Of a stretch of DNA of 64,000 nucleotides, positions 11,111 to 23,442 are shown piece after piece. Each line of letters starts with the position of its first letter. Positions within the stretch are counted from its first letter, which is position 1. The notes under the pieces were generated by a model that made no database searches, had not been told where the DNA came from, and worked only from the letters and a program-made list of their open reading frames with translations. The DNA lies in assembly GCA_045159875.1 (NCBI GenBank), contig CP067995.1, positions 2,080,001-2,144,000 on the forward strand. Direction: 5' to 3'. Both the position numbers and the translations under genes were made by a program. Source of the stretch: a cyanobacterium endosymbiont of Rhopalodia gibba (GTDB lineage: Bacteria; Cyanobacteriota; Cyanobacteriia; Cyanobacteriales; Microcystaceae).

Positions 11111-12122
11111 AGCTGATAGGATTATCAAGAGGTAGATAGCCATTTGATTTTGCTAATTAAATACTGTATGATGTTTTTAATACTCTGTAGTTGCCATAAA
11201 TTACCACTATTCTTATTGTTTAAACTCAACATTGAATTAACCTGACATAATATACAAATTTAGTAAAGTGACGATGATAACAGCTTTCTCAAAATTATAT
11301 TTCTATTAAACTGATGCACTATCGATACGGAAGATAATATCTTCAGATTTAGTGCGCGTCTCTAATCCTTTAAGCTTAAATTTATCTAGGGTACGTTGGA
11401 TGTATGAAGGACAAAATTTTTGGATAGACAATAATTTTAGCTGATATCTTCTAACAATGACGACGAAAAAAAATCTAAGATAGTTTCTACCTGAATTTGG
11501 ATTTTATACCAGAAATAGACTTCCCGTTATTGGGGGAGGAGATAATAATTCCAAAGATATTTATCATGAGAATAAATTACTTCAATTATCATTGTTAGAG
11601 ATTTTCCCCAAATGTTGAAGACAAGAGTCCAAACTTAATAATAAGGTTTGACGGTTTTTCTGAGAATTGGAACAATAAGAAGATGATAGACTTTAAAATA
11701 GCACTGCGAGCGCAGTATAAACACTACAGCTAACTCTAATAAGAGAATAATAGTTCCACTGAAAATAGATGACTATTAGGACATCATATTAGTGCGTGTA
11801 CAAAATAATAGACTGCGATTCTCGCTATTAAGCAATGACTAAATATTGAAATTTTTAGTATTTTTATAACCATTTAATTGAAAAAAATAAGTTTTTATTG
11901 TACTGAGACGTCAATGAAAATAGATAAGATTCTAGTATGTTAAGATTGTCCATAACTGCTAAGATGGCAAGCATTTTATGTTATATTTTTAGTATCAATA
12001 TTATATCTTTATGATAAGTTTATAAATTGAATTATTAAATAAGTATAATATTAAAAATATTTAAATAAAGAGTGATTACTAGATACCAGTCTATCTAAAA
12101 ATTAAGTTAATATAATTAAGAC

Positions 12123-12165
12123 AGTAATTTTTTAGTTATAGTAAAACTATAACTAAAAAATTACT
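12123..12165. repeat. perfect inverted repeat, 20-bp arms, 3-nt spacer
   Basis: AGTAATTTTTTAGTTATAGT AAA ACTATAACTAAAAAATTACT. Confidence 0.9.
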
Positions 12166-12990
12166 AAAAATAAAATATTCACTAGAAATAAAATAAGCAA
12201 ATACAATTTAGAAAAATATTTTTTATATAAATAATTTAACGAACGATTCTAGTATTTTCTAGAAAAGAGAAAAAAAATTAGCAGACAGAAGAGATTTAAT
12301 ATCTTGAATAAATATAATTAATAGTTATTAACTTTTTTTAGTAAACATTAAATATTAATTATTAAAAAATAAAAAAAAGAGCAGCAAAGTATCCTACAAT
12401 CTACTTTTCTATTGAATAGAGAATAAACTCGCGAGAAAAAATACTAAAAAAATAAGGTATTAGTCTAATAAAACCTAGTTAATCGGACTTCATTCACAAA
12501 CCAAGAAATAGAAAAAAATATTCTAAGTAAAAAAGCAAAAAAATAACTAAATATAATAATAGACAAAAATCAAACAGATATTTTAATTGAAGTTCACAAA
12601 AAAATGAGAATAAATTCAAATAAAGCTAAAATAAAGTAATGAAAATTTTAAAAATCGAAAAATTTTAAAAATCTATTTTCTCTGTAAAATACAAGTCTAT
12701 GACTAGATAGAATGTAAAAAAAATATTTTAGAATGAAAGTATATAAAAACATTAAACAAGATTTTGTTCCTTAACAAAAGCCTTAAATACGAAATGAGTC
12801 AATAAAAATATTGTTTAAATTATTTAAATACATATGTATAAAACAACTTATTTTTTAAAGTTAATTTAAATTATTAATCAATAGACGGTTAATGATTAAT
12901 AATTGATGATAGGTTAATTAATTTTCTATCCTCTATCTTGAAAAATAACAAAAGAAGAATCTTTTCGATAACAATCAAAAATAAGTAGAT

Positions 12991-14265
12991 ATGATAAAAA
13001 TTATTCATCTATCTGACATTCATCTTGGTAGTGGCTTTACCCATGGTCACCTTGATCCTAAAACAGGTTTAAATACCCGCTTTGAAGATTTTATCAACAC
13101 ATTAAGTTTATGTATTGAGCGAGCAGTGAGAGAAAAGGTTGATCTTGTTTTATTTGGAGGAGATGCTTTTCCTGATGCTACCCCTCCTCCTTATGTTCAA
13201 GAAGCCTTTGCTTCTCAATTCTATCGTCTGGTTGATGCTAAGATTCCTACGGTATTATTAGTTGGAAATCATGACCAACATTCTCAAGGTGATGGAGGTG
13301 CAAGTCTTTGTATTTATCGAACATTAGGGGTTCCTGGCTTTATTGTGGGGGATAGTCTTAAAACAAATAAAATTTTGACTAAAAATGGAGAGATTCAGGT
13401 GATTACTCTACCTTGGTTAACCCACTCTATTCTCTTGACTCGTCGCAAAACTGATAGCTTATCTTTTGAAGAAGTTCAGCATTTACTAATTGAGAGTCTG
13501 ACTTTAGCTTTGGAAGGAGAAATTCGTCAACTCGATCCCCAACTTCCAACTATTTTGTTAGGTCATCTTATGGCAGAGCGTGCTGACCTGGGCTCAGAAA
13601 GACTTCTTGCTGTTGGCAAGGGATTTACCATTCCTATGTCTTTGCTAATTCGGGACGAATTTGACTATGTTGCCCTTGGTCATGTTCATAAACACCAAAA
13701 TTTAAATCCTACTAATGATCCTCCGATAATTTACTCAGGAAGTATTGAACGGGTAGATTTTAGTGAAGAAAAAGAGGATAAAGGTTATATTTCTTTAGAA
13801 ATAACTAAAGGACAAGTTAATTGGCAATTTAATCCCCTTCCTAGCCGTATTTTTTATACTATTAATATTAATGTTTCTGAGGAATCTGACCCTCAATTTG
13901 CTATCCTTAAGGCCATTCAAAAAAAATCGATACAAAATTCAGTAGTACGCTTAATTTACAAAATTCGTTCTGAACAATTAGAATTAATCAATACAGGGGA
14001 GATTCATAAAGCATTAAAAGATTCCCATAGTTATACCATTAGACCAGAATTAATCAGTCAATTATCTCGTTCTCGTTTACCAGAATTGGGGGTGGGAAAT
14101 AATTTAAACCCTATATCTGCTTTGCAAGCTTATTTAGATAGCAAAGCAGATCTCAAAGATATCGTTAAAGATATGTTAGAAACTGCTGAACTTTTACTAA
14201 ATAATAACGATCCAAATTTAGATCTATCAGTTAAACAGGAAATTTTACCATTAAAAGATTTATAA
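12991..14265 (+). CDS. sbcD: exonuclease SbcCD subunit D
   Basis: HLSDIHLG, FGGDAF, VGNHD, YVALGHVH, YSGSIERVDFSE metallophosphoesterase motifs. Confidence 0.93.
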   Translation: MIKIIHLSDIHLGSGFTHGHLDPKTGLNTRFEDFINTLSLCIERAVREKVDLVLFGGDAFPDATPPPYVQEAFASQFYRLVDAKIPTVLLVGNHDQHSQGDGGASLCIYRTLGVPGFIVGDSLKTNKILTKNGEIQVITLPWLTHSILLTRRKTDSLSFEEVQHLLIESLTLALEGEIRQLDPQLPTILLGHLMAERADLGSERLLAVGKGFTIPMSLLIRDEFDYVALGHVHKHQNLNPTNDPPIIYSGSIERVDFSEEKEDKGYISLEITKGQVNWQFNPLPSRIFYTININVSEESDPQFAILKAIQKKSIQNSVVRLIYKIRSEQLELINTGEIHKALKDSHSYTIRPELISQLSRSRLPELGVGNNLNPISALQAYLDSKADLKDIVKDMLETAELLLNNNDPNLDLSVKQEILPLKDL

Positions 14266-14289
14266 ACTTTCAGTTTCGAGGGATAAGAA

Positions 14290-14775
14290 ATAATAAGGAT
14301 TTAAGTTCAGTTGATTTTGACTGAATTGATGTCTGACTAGTCATAATTCCCAAGATTAATCAGGGTTGCTTCATTTATTGATGTAGTTGGTGATAGTGAA
14401 ATTGGGCTGCAGTTAGTTAAGGTGACCAACTGTAGTCTAATTTTGCTAGATTTAGTTCTTCCTAAGTTTAATGACATTTATGTAAGCCAATTGCTAGGCT
14501 CGTAGGACTTTCAGGGGCCGATTCTCATGACGACCGTTCTAGGGAATACTCGCGTCAATCAAATTAGGAAGTTGGGTGCGGAGGCTGATAATTGTGTTGT
14601 ACTTTTAATTTATCTATATTATCAGCATAAGTTCTGGCTTTTTTGTATCTGAAAAAGACTAGAATGATTATTTTAGTCTATAAAAATTCATGATCTAATT
14701 CTAGTACTTATCAGGTTACTTATAGAGATAAGTAATTATTCTTTAATTCCAAAGAGTTTACTATTACAAAATATC
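14290..14775 (+). pseudogene. OmpR-family response regulator remnant
   Basis: From 14377: IDVVGDSEIGLQLVKVTNCSLILLDLVLPKFNDIYVSQLLGS*DFQGPILMTT...LGAEADNCVV (receiver domain), then winged-helix-like STYQVTYRDK*LFFNSKEF; stops and frameshifts; boundaries approximate. Confidence 0.75.
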
Positions 14776-15971
14776 ATCTCAAGTATCAACCGAAAAAAAG
14801 TCAAGACAATTATGATTAAGATTAGACAGATTGCCTAACAAAAACAATACAAGAAAAAAAGTAATGGGGCTTCTAGATTAGCCATGAAAAAATAATAAAA
14901 AATAAAAGCTATAAGTCTCGTCTTAGGATATCGAAATACAGTCAAAATGATAGTTTTAGAATTTATTAGCTGCCAACTCATCACATTCAGGCTAAAAAAG
15001 TAAAATTAATTATAAATCAAGACTTTAAAATAGAACAGTTCAACACGATTGTTAAGACTATTTAACAGAATACTTCGATGCATAACCAAATCAAACAATA
15101 TCAACAACGAAAAGAGAAAACACTGAAGAACTACAATTAGCCTAGATTTTTACTAAAAAATAAAGACAATTACGCCAATGTTCAACTGGTGTGAGAGTCA
15201 GGCTTTTTATAGAGAATATTTGTGGCTGCTACTTCTCTTTTTTATTAGAACATATAGAGAACTTTACATCAACTAGAGCAATTAATGGATCAAGTGATTT
15301 TTTCTTACATAGCTTGTTTTTGTTCGTATTCATAACCTCCTCTATTTAAAAATGATTAGTATTTAGCCTTAAAAGAATAAATACTATACATCAATAAACG
15401 TATTTTTTGTTTAACAGTATCAAGGTTAAGTTGACAAATTAAATTAGCTGATTACCGATACACTTTTTTCAAAAAAATAGCTATTTTTTAAAAAATTTAT
15501 TCGATAAATAATTATAATAACAGTCAACATAACAAGTTTTTTAGCCCTTATTTTACTAACAATGTCAGAAAAATATTGTAAGGCGGTAATGACCGCAGAC
15601 AAAGAATCTTTAAGAAGAGTACTATCACGGCTTAAATAACCTCTTAAAAACCTATTTATCCATAATCATTTGTTTGATTTTGCCATCGGTTAATTGTCCT
15701 TTATCTATCTGCTTTTATAGAGCATAAGCTAACTCAGTCTCTTCTTTATTTAAAATATTTTCAGGAATACATCAATTATTTGCCATGTTTAACTTGTCCT
15801 ATTCATAGGAAGGATATACTCCTCTTATTTAGTAAGAACAGCTTTTTAATATCTTACACAAAGAGTAAGGGCAATCAAATTTTAAATATTATCGTATATC
15901 AAATTCGATGAAAACAATTAATATCATAGCCCCAAACAATAAATACAATAAAATTGATCAAAAAAACAACG

Positions 15972-15998
15972 AGAGTAGTTACTATAGGTAACTACTCT
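15972..15998. repeat. inverted repeat, 11-bp arms
   Basis: AGAGTAGTTAC TATAG GTAACTACTCT. Confidence 0.75.
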
Positions 15999-17618
15999 AT
16001 AGATCCAAAAATAATATGAAGTAATAAATGAAAGATAATGGCTTTTAATTAAAACAATGAGCTACAAAAATTAAAAATTAATATTTTTCGTACTATTCAA
16101 AAATATTAACTATAATATTCGATAGATTAAAAATTATGGTTAAGCCATGTACATAAATATAATTTTTTTATGTAAATAAGATTTGATTATAGCGGTTATC
16201 TTCAGCATCTACATAAAAAAATTATATCTTTTTCATCTCAAAAAATTTGAATAGGCTATACAAGGTTATTAGTGATTTAGCTGGTTTTAAAATAAAGTTT
16301 ATGGTACACGGTAAAACCAATCAGAAGATGAGAAATACTGATTTTCTTACATTGGCTATCTATGTCATCTCATTTAATTATCAGCTAGATAGTTCGAGCT
16401 AAATTTTTTATTTTAATCAATAAAGTTTTTCAAAGTAAAAGTAGCCAAATATAAATAAATAATACTATAATAATGACTATTAAAAGAGCGAGTAGACTGT
16501 CAATTGACACTAAAAAAATGAATCTTTTTTTAGCTTAAGAAGCTCAAACAAAGCTAGAAACTGACACAAATATTAATTCTCGTCAATTTGAAACTAATTC
16601 TTAATTTGGTTAAATAGTGTTTAGGATACCATACCATTATATTTAGTTTACAGTCAATCAACCTCCTTGATTTTTTAATGCTTAACAAGAAATTTATACA
16701 CTTTCAAACTGTTTTATCCTAGATATGATTCTATGACTTCTGTTACTAGTCTTGTCAATTCATATTCATTTTTCAAGATTTGACCAGCTAATTAAGCCTC
16801 TTTTCTTCTTTGCTATTTGTTATCAATTCTATTTATTCATGGAAAATAAGAATTTAATTTTTAAAAAACTCTTTAAGGTTAATTAAAATTCAAACCCTTT
16901 TCCTGTTTTTTAAAAATTACATATATTTAACCTTTCACTTTTTTGGTAGGTCTATTCAATTCTTTTTTGTCCCTCTCTTTTAAACTAACTATAAGTAGTA
17001 GCTGACCATAAGTTAAAGCCTGATTTATCTAGATATTTTACATAGATTTTCTCCACAGCTTTACTAAGCTTCTCATAATCCCATCAATCAAAGTTAATTC
17101 CACCGATAAATTTTTGTATAAACAGTCAAAAAAGCTCTTTTTGAACAGATGGAAATTTTCTTAATCTTCCACCCTATTGCTAACAATTCAATCGCACTAA
17201 CTCTATCTCTTGCTCTTCAAGAATGTTTTTGAGCTTCACTTTACTCGAGCAAGTTTCTCCCTGCTTTAATTTGGAAAACATCTTTAAACGATAAGATTGG
17301 ATTAATTAATCAAAGTTCTCATGGTTAACTTTTCCAACGCATGTTGATGTTTGTTCGTGGCGATTACTTTTAAATCTGCAATACAGGTTAACAGAGTGTC
17401 ACTTGATTTTATGTCCGATAATGATACTTGAAACTAATTTATTTTTTGAAATATAACAGTAAATTAGTGCCTTAATTATGAAGACTATAATTCCAATACT
17501 AAACTCTCCATATAACAAAACTTCGTCATTGATATAAAAAACAAAACCACTTTCAATTATCTGGGCAGGATTGGTTATCCTATAAGCCTTTTATACATGA
17601 TTTAAGGACTAAGACGGC

Positions 17619-19562
17619 TCAATTACTCTTTTTTTGTACTTTGGGTCGAGGAAACTCAGAAGCAGCAGGGAAATATTTAACTGGCTCATTGACCATTGCT
17701 TGTTTCATAAAGTCTCGCCAAATAGGGGCAGCATTACCTCCTCCTGTAACCCCTCTCCCTAAAGCACGGTTAGCATCATCCCCTACCCAAACGGCTGTGG
17801 CTAATTGAGGAACATAACCCACAAACCAAACATTACGTTCTGAATCTGTAGTTCCTGTTTTACCCGCGGCAGGACGATCAATATTAGCTGCTCTCCCTGT
17901 TCCACTCGTAATAACTCCCTGTAAAACTGCCGTTAAGTTAGCTGTTGCCCAGGGATCTAGAACTAATTGAGGTTCTGGAGTATTGTCTAATAAAACATTG
18001 CCAAGACTATCTGTGATTCGAACAATAGCTGTTGGTTTAGAATACCAACCATTACTAGCAAAGGTAGCATAGGCTCCCGCCATTTCCAGGGGAGTGACAT
18101 CTCCTGCTCCTAAGGGAAGGGAAGTTACCGCTTGTAACGGACTTTTAATTCCTATGCGACGACATATTTCAATAACTTTACTAACTCCAATTTTACTCCC
18201 GATAATCACTGCCGGAACGTTACGTGATTGTATCAAAGCAGTACGAATAGGCATGGGACCTCTATAATTCCCTCCATAGTTTCTAGGGCTATAGACATTT
18301 TGTCCATCGCGGAAACTTACAGGATTGTCATTGACAATGGAGTCGGGAGTAAATTTGCCGCTAGCAAAAGCAGTATAGTAAACAAATGGCTTAAAGGAAG
18401 AGCCAGGTTGGCGACGAGATTGGGTAGCACGATTTAGTTGACTTTTATTGTAATTAACTCCTCCCACGATTGCTTTAATAAAGTGAGTGCGAGGATCAAC
18501 AGAAACTAAAGCGATCTGTAGATCTTTAGCAGAAATTCCCCATCGCCGTAAGTTACGATAACCCCTTTCCACGCTTTCTTTAGCTTTAAGCTGAAGATAA
18601 TAGTCAACGCTAGTTTGAATCCGCATTCCCCCTTTTAGGGTAACTTCTTCACCGAATTTATCCTCTAACTCTTCCATAACGGTATCGGTTACGTAGGGAA
18701 GTTTACTATTCTGCCATGCTGTGGGTTTACCCATTCTCAAAGGTTCTTTTTTGGCTGCTTCAGCCTCTTGAGCAGAAATCCATCCCAAACCCCGCATCCT
18801 GTCTAAAACCATTGCTTGTCTTTGTTTAGATTTAGAATAATTAATAAAAGGGCTATAGGTTTCTGGAGCTTGGATGAGTCCGGCCATCAAAGCTGATTCA
18901 GCTAGGTTTAATTCGGATGCCGGTTTATTAAAATAACTTTCTGCCGCAGTTTGCGCTCCATAGTTATTATGACCCCAATAGATATTGTTGAGGTACATTT
19001 CTAGTATCTTATCTTTCTCAAAAACTTGTTCTACCCGAAGAGAAAGAACCGCCTCAGAAAGTTTGCGGTTAAAGGTTCGATCCGTCGACAAAAAGATATT
19101 TTTGACTAACTGCATAGTAATGGTAGACGCGCCTTCGACCACACCACCACTTTTATAGTTCACCCAAAGCGCACGACCAATACTTGTGAAGTTGACCCCG
19201 TGGTGATGATAAAAGTGACTATCTTCAATTGCTAGTACCGCCCTTTTGAGTTCAGGAGACATATAGTTTAAAGTTATCACTTCTCGGTTGGCTTCTTCAT
19301 GAAGTCTCGATAAGAGCCGTCCTTTGATATCGTAGATATAAGTGGTTTCTGGTGGGGCGTAGTTATTTAGACTCCGAACGTCTGGGAGGTTGCGAAAGCT
19401 AATGGCAAGTCCAACGAGTCCCCCTGTAATAATGGAACTGGCCAAAAGGGAAAGACTCAGTACGGTTCCCCCAGCCACTTTGACTACACCTTGCCTAAAG
19501 GAGGCTTTAGGAGAGGGCGGCTTGTTTGGATTAGTTTGTTGTCGAATAGTGCTAGACGACAC
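17619..19562 (-). CDS. mrcA: class A penicillin-binding protein (PBP1A family)
   Basis: Transglycosylase EDSHFYHHHG and GASTITMQLVKN; transpeptidase QPGSSFKPF, SRN, KTGT. Confidence 0.92.
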   Translation of the reverse strand: MSSSTIRQQTNPNKPPSPKASFRQGVVKVAGGTVLSLSLLASSIITGGLVGLAISFRNLPDVRSLNNYAPPETTYIYDIKGRLLSRLHEEANREVITLNYMSPELKRAVLAIEDSHFYHHHGVNFTSIGRALWVNYKSGGVVEGASTITMQLVKNIFLSTDRTFNRKLSEAVLSLRVEQVFEKDKILEMYLNNIYWGHNNYGAQTAAESYFNKPASELNLAESALMAGLIQAPETYSPFINYSKSKQRQAMVLDRMRGLGWISAQEAEAAKKEPLRMGKPTAWQNSKLPYVTDTVMEELEDKFGEEVTLKGGMRIQTSVDYYLQLKAKESVERGYRNLRRWGISAKDLQIALVSVDPRTHFIKAIVGGVNYNKSQLNRATQSRRQPGSSFKPFVYYTAFASGKFTPDSIVNDNPVSFRDGQNVYSPRNYGGNYRGPMPIRTALIQSRNVPAVIIGSKIGVSKVIEICRRIGIKSPLQAVTSLPLGAGDVTPLEMAGAYATFASNGWYSKPTAIVRITDSLGNVLLDNTPEPQLVLDPWATANLTAVLQGVITSGTGRAANIDRPAAGKTGTTDSERNVWFVGYVPQLATAVWVGDDANRALGRGVTGGGNAAPIWRDFMKQAMVNEPVKYFPAASEFPRPKVQKKSN

Positions 19563-19778
19563 GATAGTTTTACTTTCTCACTCCGAGTATAGGTTTATGA
19601 ATTAGCGGGAGACCTGGCATAAATAAAGTTTTTTATAAGTAGCTTATAGGAATTTGGCCGAGATTCAATCCCCTAGTCTCATTTATTATGCCCTATACCC
19701 GAAATAAATTCCTAGCATTATGTCTATACACAGAATTTTCCATAATGTTAAGCAAGTTTTTTTTATGAGGATTTGATT

Positions 19779-20693
19779 ATGTCTACTGTTAAAGTTTCGG
19801 TTCCAGCTACAACAGCTAACTTAGGACCGGGGTTCGACTGCATTGGAGTTGCTTTAAACCAATATAACTACTTTGAGTTCAGTTCCATTGAAACCGAAAC
19901 TCCTAACCTGAGTATTGTTGTAACAGGGAAAGAAGCCCCAAGAGTAAATTGTGATCGCACTAACTTGGTTTATCAGTCTTTTCTTAAACTTTATCAATAT
20001 CTGGGACAAACGCCTCCTAATGTCGCTATTAATATTGAATTGGGAGTTCCTTTAGCTAGAGGATTAGGAAGTTCAGCCACCGCTATTATTGGTGGTTTAA
20101 TGGGAGGAAATAAATTGGCTGGCGAACCTCTTTCTTTATCCGAGATTATGGAATTGGCAATCAATATTGAAGGTCATCCTGATAATGTAGTGCCTGCTTT
20201 GTTAGGAAATTGTCAATTATCTGTAGGAGAAGCAGGAAATTGGCAAATTTGTCCTATTGTTTGGCATCCAGATTTAATTCCTGTGGTTGCTATTCCTAAT
20301 TTTGAACTGTCTACCCAAGAGGCACGAGCTGTTTTACCTACGCACCTAAGTCGCCATGATGCTATCTTCAATATTGCTCGTCTGGGATTATTGATTAAAG
20401 CATTAGAAACAGGCAATCGAGATTGGTTGATGATAGCCTTGGATGATAAACTCCATCAGCCTTATCGTCAGATTTTGATCAAGGGCTATAATTCCATAAA
20501 AAGAGCCGCCATGTCTGTGGGAGCCTATGGGGTAGTCATTAGTGGGGCGGGACCTACAGTGATTGCCTTAACTTCTTCTGAGCATGCCGAGCAGGTATCA
20601 CTTGCTATGACTAATGCATGGATGCATGCAGGAATTGAAGCAGAAGCGCTACTGCTATCGATTGATTTCGATGGCGCTAGGGTTCTTATTTAA
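19779..20693 (+). CDS. thrB: homoserine kinase
   Basis: VPATTANLGPGFD, PLARGLGSSA, EGHPDN, ISGAGPT. Confidence 0.96.
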   Translation: MSTVKVSVPATTANLGPGFDCIGVALNQYNYFEFSSIETETPNLSIVVTGKEAPRVNCDRTNLVYQSFLKLYQYLGQTPPNVAINIELGVPLARGLGSSATAIIGGLMGGNKLAGEPLSLSEIMELAINIEGHPDNVVPALLGNCQLSVGEAGNWQICPIVWHPDLIPVVAIPNFELSTQEARAVLPTHLSRHDAIFNIARLGLLIKALETGNRDWLMIALDDKLHQPYRQILIKGYNSIKRAAMSVGAYGVVISGAGPTVIALTSSEHAEQVSLAMTNAWMHAGIEAEALLLSIDFDGARVLI

Positions 20694-20694
20694 A

Positions 20695-20776
20695 TGCGGA
20701 CGGCGAGACTTGAACTCGCATGGCAAAAGCCACACGCCCCTCAAGCGTGCGTGTCTACCGATTCCACCACGTCCGC
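20695..20776 (-). tRNA. tRNA-Leu (anticodon GAG)
   Basis: Reverse complement GCGGACGTGGTGGAATCGGTAGACACGCACGCTTGAGGGGCGTG...GTTCAAGTCTCGCCGTCCGCA; cloverleaf with long variable arm; CCA not encoded. Confidence 0.96.
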
Positions 20777-20997
20777 ATTATAGTCATCTGGGTATACTAT
20801 CATAACCAAAAGCTAAAACACAAGGAAGATTTTAAACTATTCTTTAAATCTTTTAATTAGTTACCAAGAATTACCAGAAAAAAAAGAAAAATGCAGAAAA
20901 AAATATTAAAACAAGAGGCCAAGATTGACTCTCCATCAAAAAACCCTGTCATAATCTTTACAGAGGAAACCCTGTATTTATCCTAAACTAAAGAATC

Positions 20998-22197
20998 ATG
21001 AGCATTTCCATCAAACAATTATGTGTCTATGTTGCACTCCTAGCTGTAGGCAGCAGTCTCGGATTGTGGAGAAGTCACTACACAAATCAACCACTAATCA
21101 CTAAGACTGTTCAAAACCCTCCAGTGGTTCCCACAAATCTTAACCCTTTATATTTTCCTTCTAGATCTTCGGGTATAAACAATCTTAATTTTATTGCTAA
21201 AGCGGCTCAAAAAGTTGGTCCAGCCGTGGTTCGCATTGATGCAGCAAGACAAGTATCTAGCAACCTTCCCGACTCTTTTGAGAATCCTTTCTTCCGTCGT
21301 TTTTTTGGCAAGGAAATTCCAATTCCCAAGGAACATATTGAACGGGGAACGGGCTCAGGGTTTATTCTTAGTGAGGATGGACAACTATTGACAAATGCCC
21401 ATGTAGTTGATGGAACAAAACAAGTTAAAGTGACTTTGAAAAATGGACAAATCTATCGGGGACAGGTATTAGGGATTGATAAAATGACTGATGTGGCTGT
21501 AGTAAAAATTGGAGCGACCGATCTGCCCACAGTTAAATTAGGAACAGCTGAGAATTTACAACCTGGAGAATGGGCAATCGCTATTGGGAATCCTTTAGGA
21601 TTGGATAATACTGTAACAGTAGGAATTATCAGTGCCTTGGGGCGCTCAAGTTCAGAAGTTGGGGTTCCCGACAAGAGATTAAGATTTATCCAAACCGACG
21701 CAGCCATTAATCCAGGGAATTCAGGAGGGCCTCTTCTTAATTCTAGTGGAGAAGTGGTGGGTATTAATACAGCGATTCGTGCAGATGCTCAAGGATTAGG
21801 GTTTGCTATTCCTATCGAAACAGCCCAACGAGTGGCCCAACAATTGTTTGTTAAGGGAAAAGCAGATCATCCTTATTTAGGTATTCACATGATTACTTTG
21901 GATGGAGAATTACAAAAAGAACTTAATCAGGAGAATAAATTAGATTTTGAAGTGACTGAAACTAAAGGAGTTTTAATAGTTAGTGTGGTGAATAATTCTC
22001 CTGCTGCTGAGGCTGGTTTTCAACCTGGAGATATAATTTTAAAAGTTGGGGGTAAATTAGTAGAATCTGCGACAGATGTACAAGAACAGGTAGAGCTGAG
22101 TTCTATTGGAAAAATTCTTGACGTAGAGGTAATTCGCCAAGGAAATTCTAATCCTAAGACTTTAGCAGTACGTCCAGAATCTTTCCCAATTAATTAA
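20998..22197 (+). CDS. HhoA/HhoB/HtrA-family serine protease with PDZ domain
   Basis: GSGFI, TNAHVV, IQTDAAINPGNSGGPL, C-terminal PDZ. Confidence 0.93.
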   Translation: MSISIKQLCVYVALLAVGSSLGLWRSHYTNQPLITKTVQNPPVVPTNLNPLYFPSRSSGINNLNFIAKAAQKVGPAVVRIDAARQVSSNLPDSFENPFFRRFFGKEIPIPKEHIERGTGSGFILSEDGQLLTNAHVVDGTKQVKVTLKNGQIYRGQVLGIDKMTDVAVVKIGATDLPTVKLGTAENLQPGEWAIAIGNPLGLDNTVTVGIISALGRSSSEVGVPDKRLRFIQTDAAINPGNSGGPLLNSSGEVVGINTAIRADAQGLGFAIPIETAQRVAQQLFVKGKADHPYLGIHMITLDGELQKELNQENKLDFEVTETKGVLIVSVVNNSPAAEAGFQPGDIILKVGGKLVESATDVQEQVELSSIGKILDVEVIRQGNSNPKTLAVRPESFPIN

Positions 22198-23442
22198 TAA
22201 TTAATATCCAATAGTTTTAACGTTATTTAATGGTGTGTTTAGGACTACTAAGTAAATGTATCTAAAATGAACTATAAAAGAACAAGTCATTTTATCTCGC
22301 TACATTTAATTCATTAAAGTTAAGTTAATACTGCTTTAGTTAGTGTTTTTTAGCGTGTTTCTGGTGATAAATATTATTTTTAACAATATTTGGGGATACA
22401 GTTGTTATTTTAAATAACTAAGTCAAAATGTAACGAGAGTTAACAATCAACTGAAATAATAACCGCCAACATTTAAAACTTCAATGATTTATAAAAAATC
22501 AGCATAACCTAAAATTAGCTTACCTTTTAATTATAAATTGAGAGAGAGTTTTTTAAGTAAATAAGTATGAAAAATTAATCAAGTGAAAAAGTGAACAACA
22601 AAGTTTTAAACACTCTAATTTATCAAAAAATATTAATACGGTTAAATATTATTAATCAATTTTAGTCACTTTTACTTCATTTTTTATTGACAACTAATAG
22701 TTAATTATACTTCTTAGTTTATAGAACTTTTTAAATAGTTATTGGGTTACATATCCTCGGACCTAAAATAGTCGGTCAATCAACTTTTACATTAATTTCC
22801 GAGATCAGTTTACGGTTATCTATAAAGCCAATGATTGATTACAGTTATCTTTATTTAAATAAGGTTTAAATCTAAAATACTATTCCATATGATTCTATAT
22901 CAATTCGACTAAGTCTTCAAAACTAGGCGGATTCCACTGCAAGATTGATAAAACTAATTCCTGTGTTTTTTTCCTTGCAAGTCTGTAAAAAAACGCTACA
23001 GTAACATCATTACTCAGGGTCAGGGCACAACTTCTACAATAATGATGATATCTGATTAGATTAGGAAATACTTTTTTGCAATGGGGAAGAACCTACAATA
23101 TATAAAATTTTTTTATAGTTCGATATTATGAATCATGAAAGTTAATTACCACAGTTATAGTTTTATCTGTTCTAAACAAAATGATGGCACTGTTCAAATC
23201 TTTGACAAGAGTTATCTAGATTAGAAAATACCTCCGCGAGATTGAGATGAGATTTTATATTCATAGTAAAAATCTCTATAAATGTTGCTTCTGTTTCCAC
23301 TAAACTTACATTTCAAATAAACAAAAATTTTTTGGTAGTTTATACAGTAAGCTAAATTCAGTCGACTTAAAAATTTCTAAAACATCGAGTTTCCAGTAAA
23401 AGGTTTCAAATCTTTTAAGAGCCTTGAATTTGACTCTGATGA

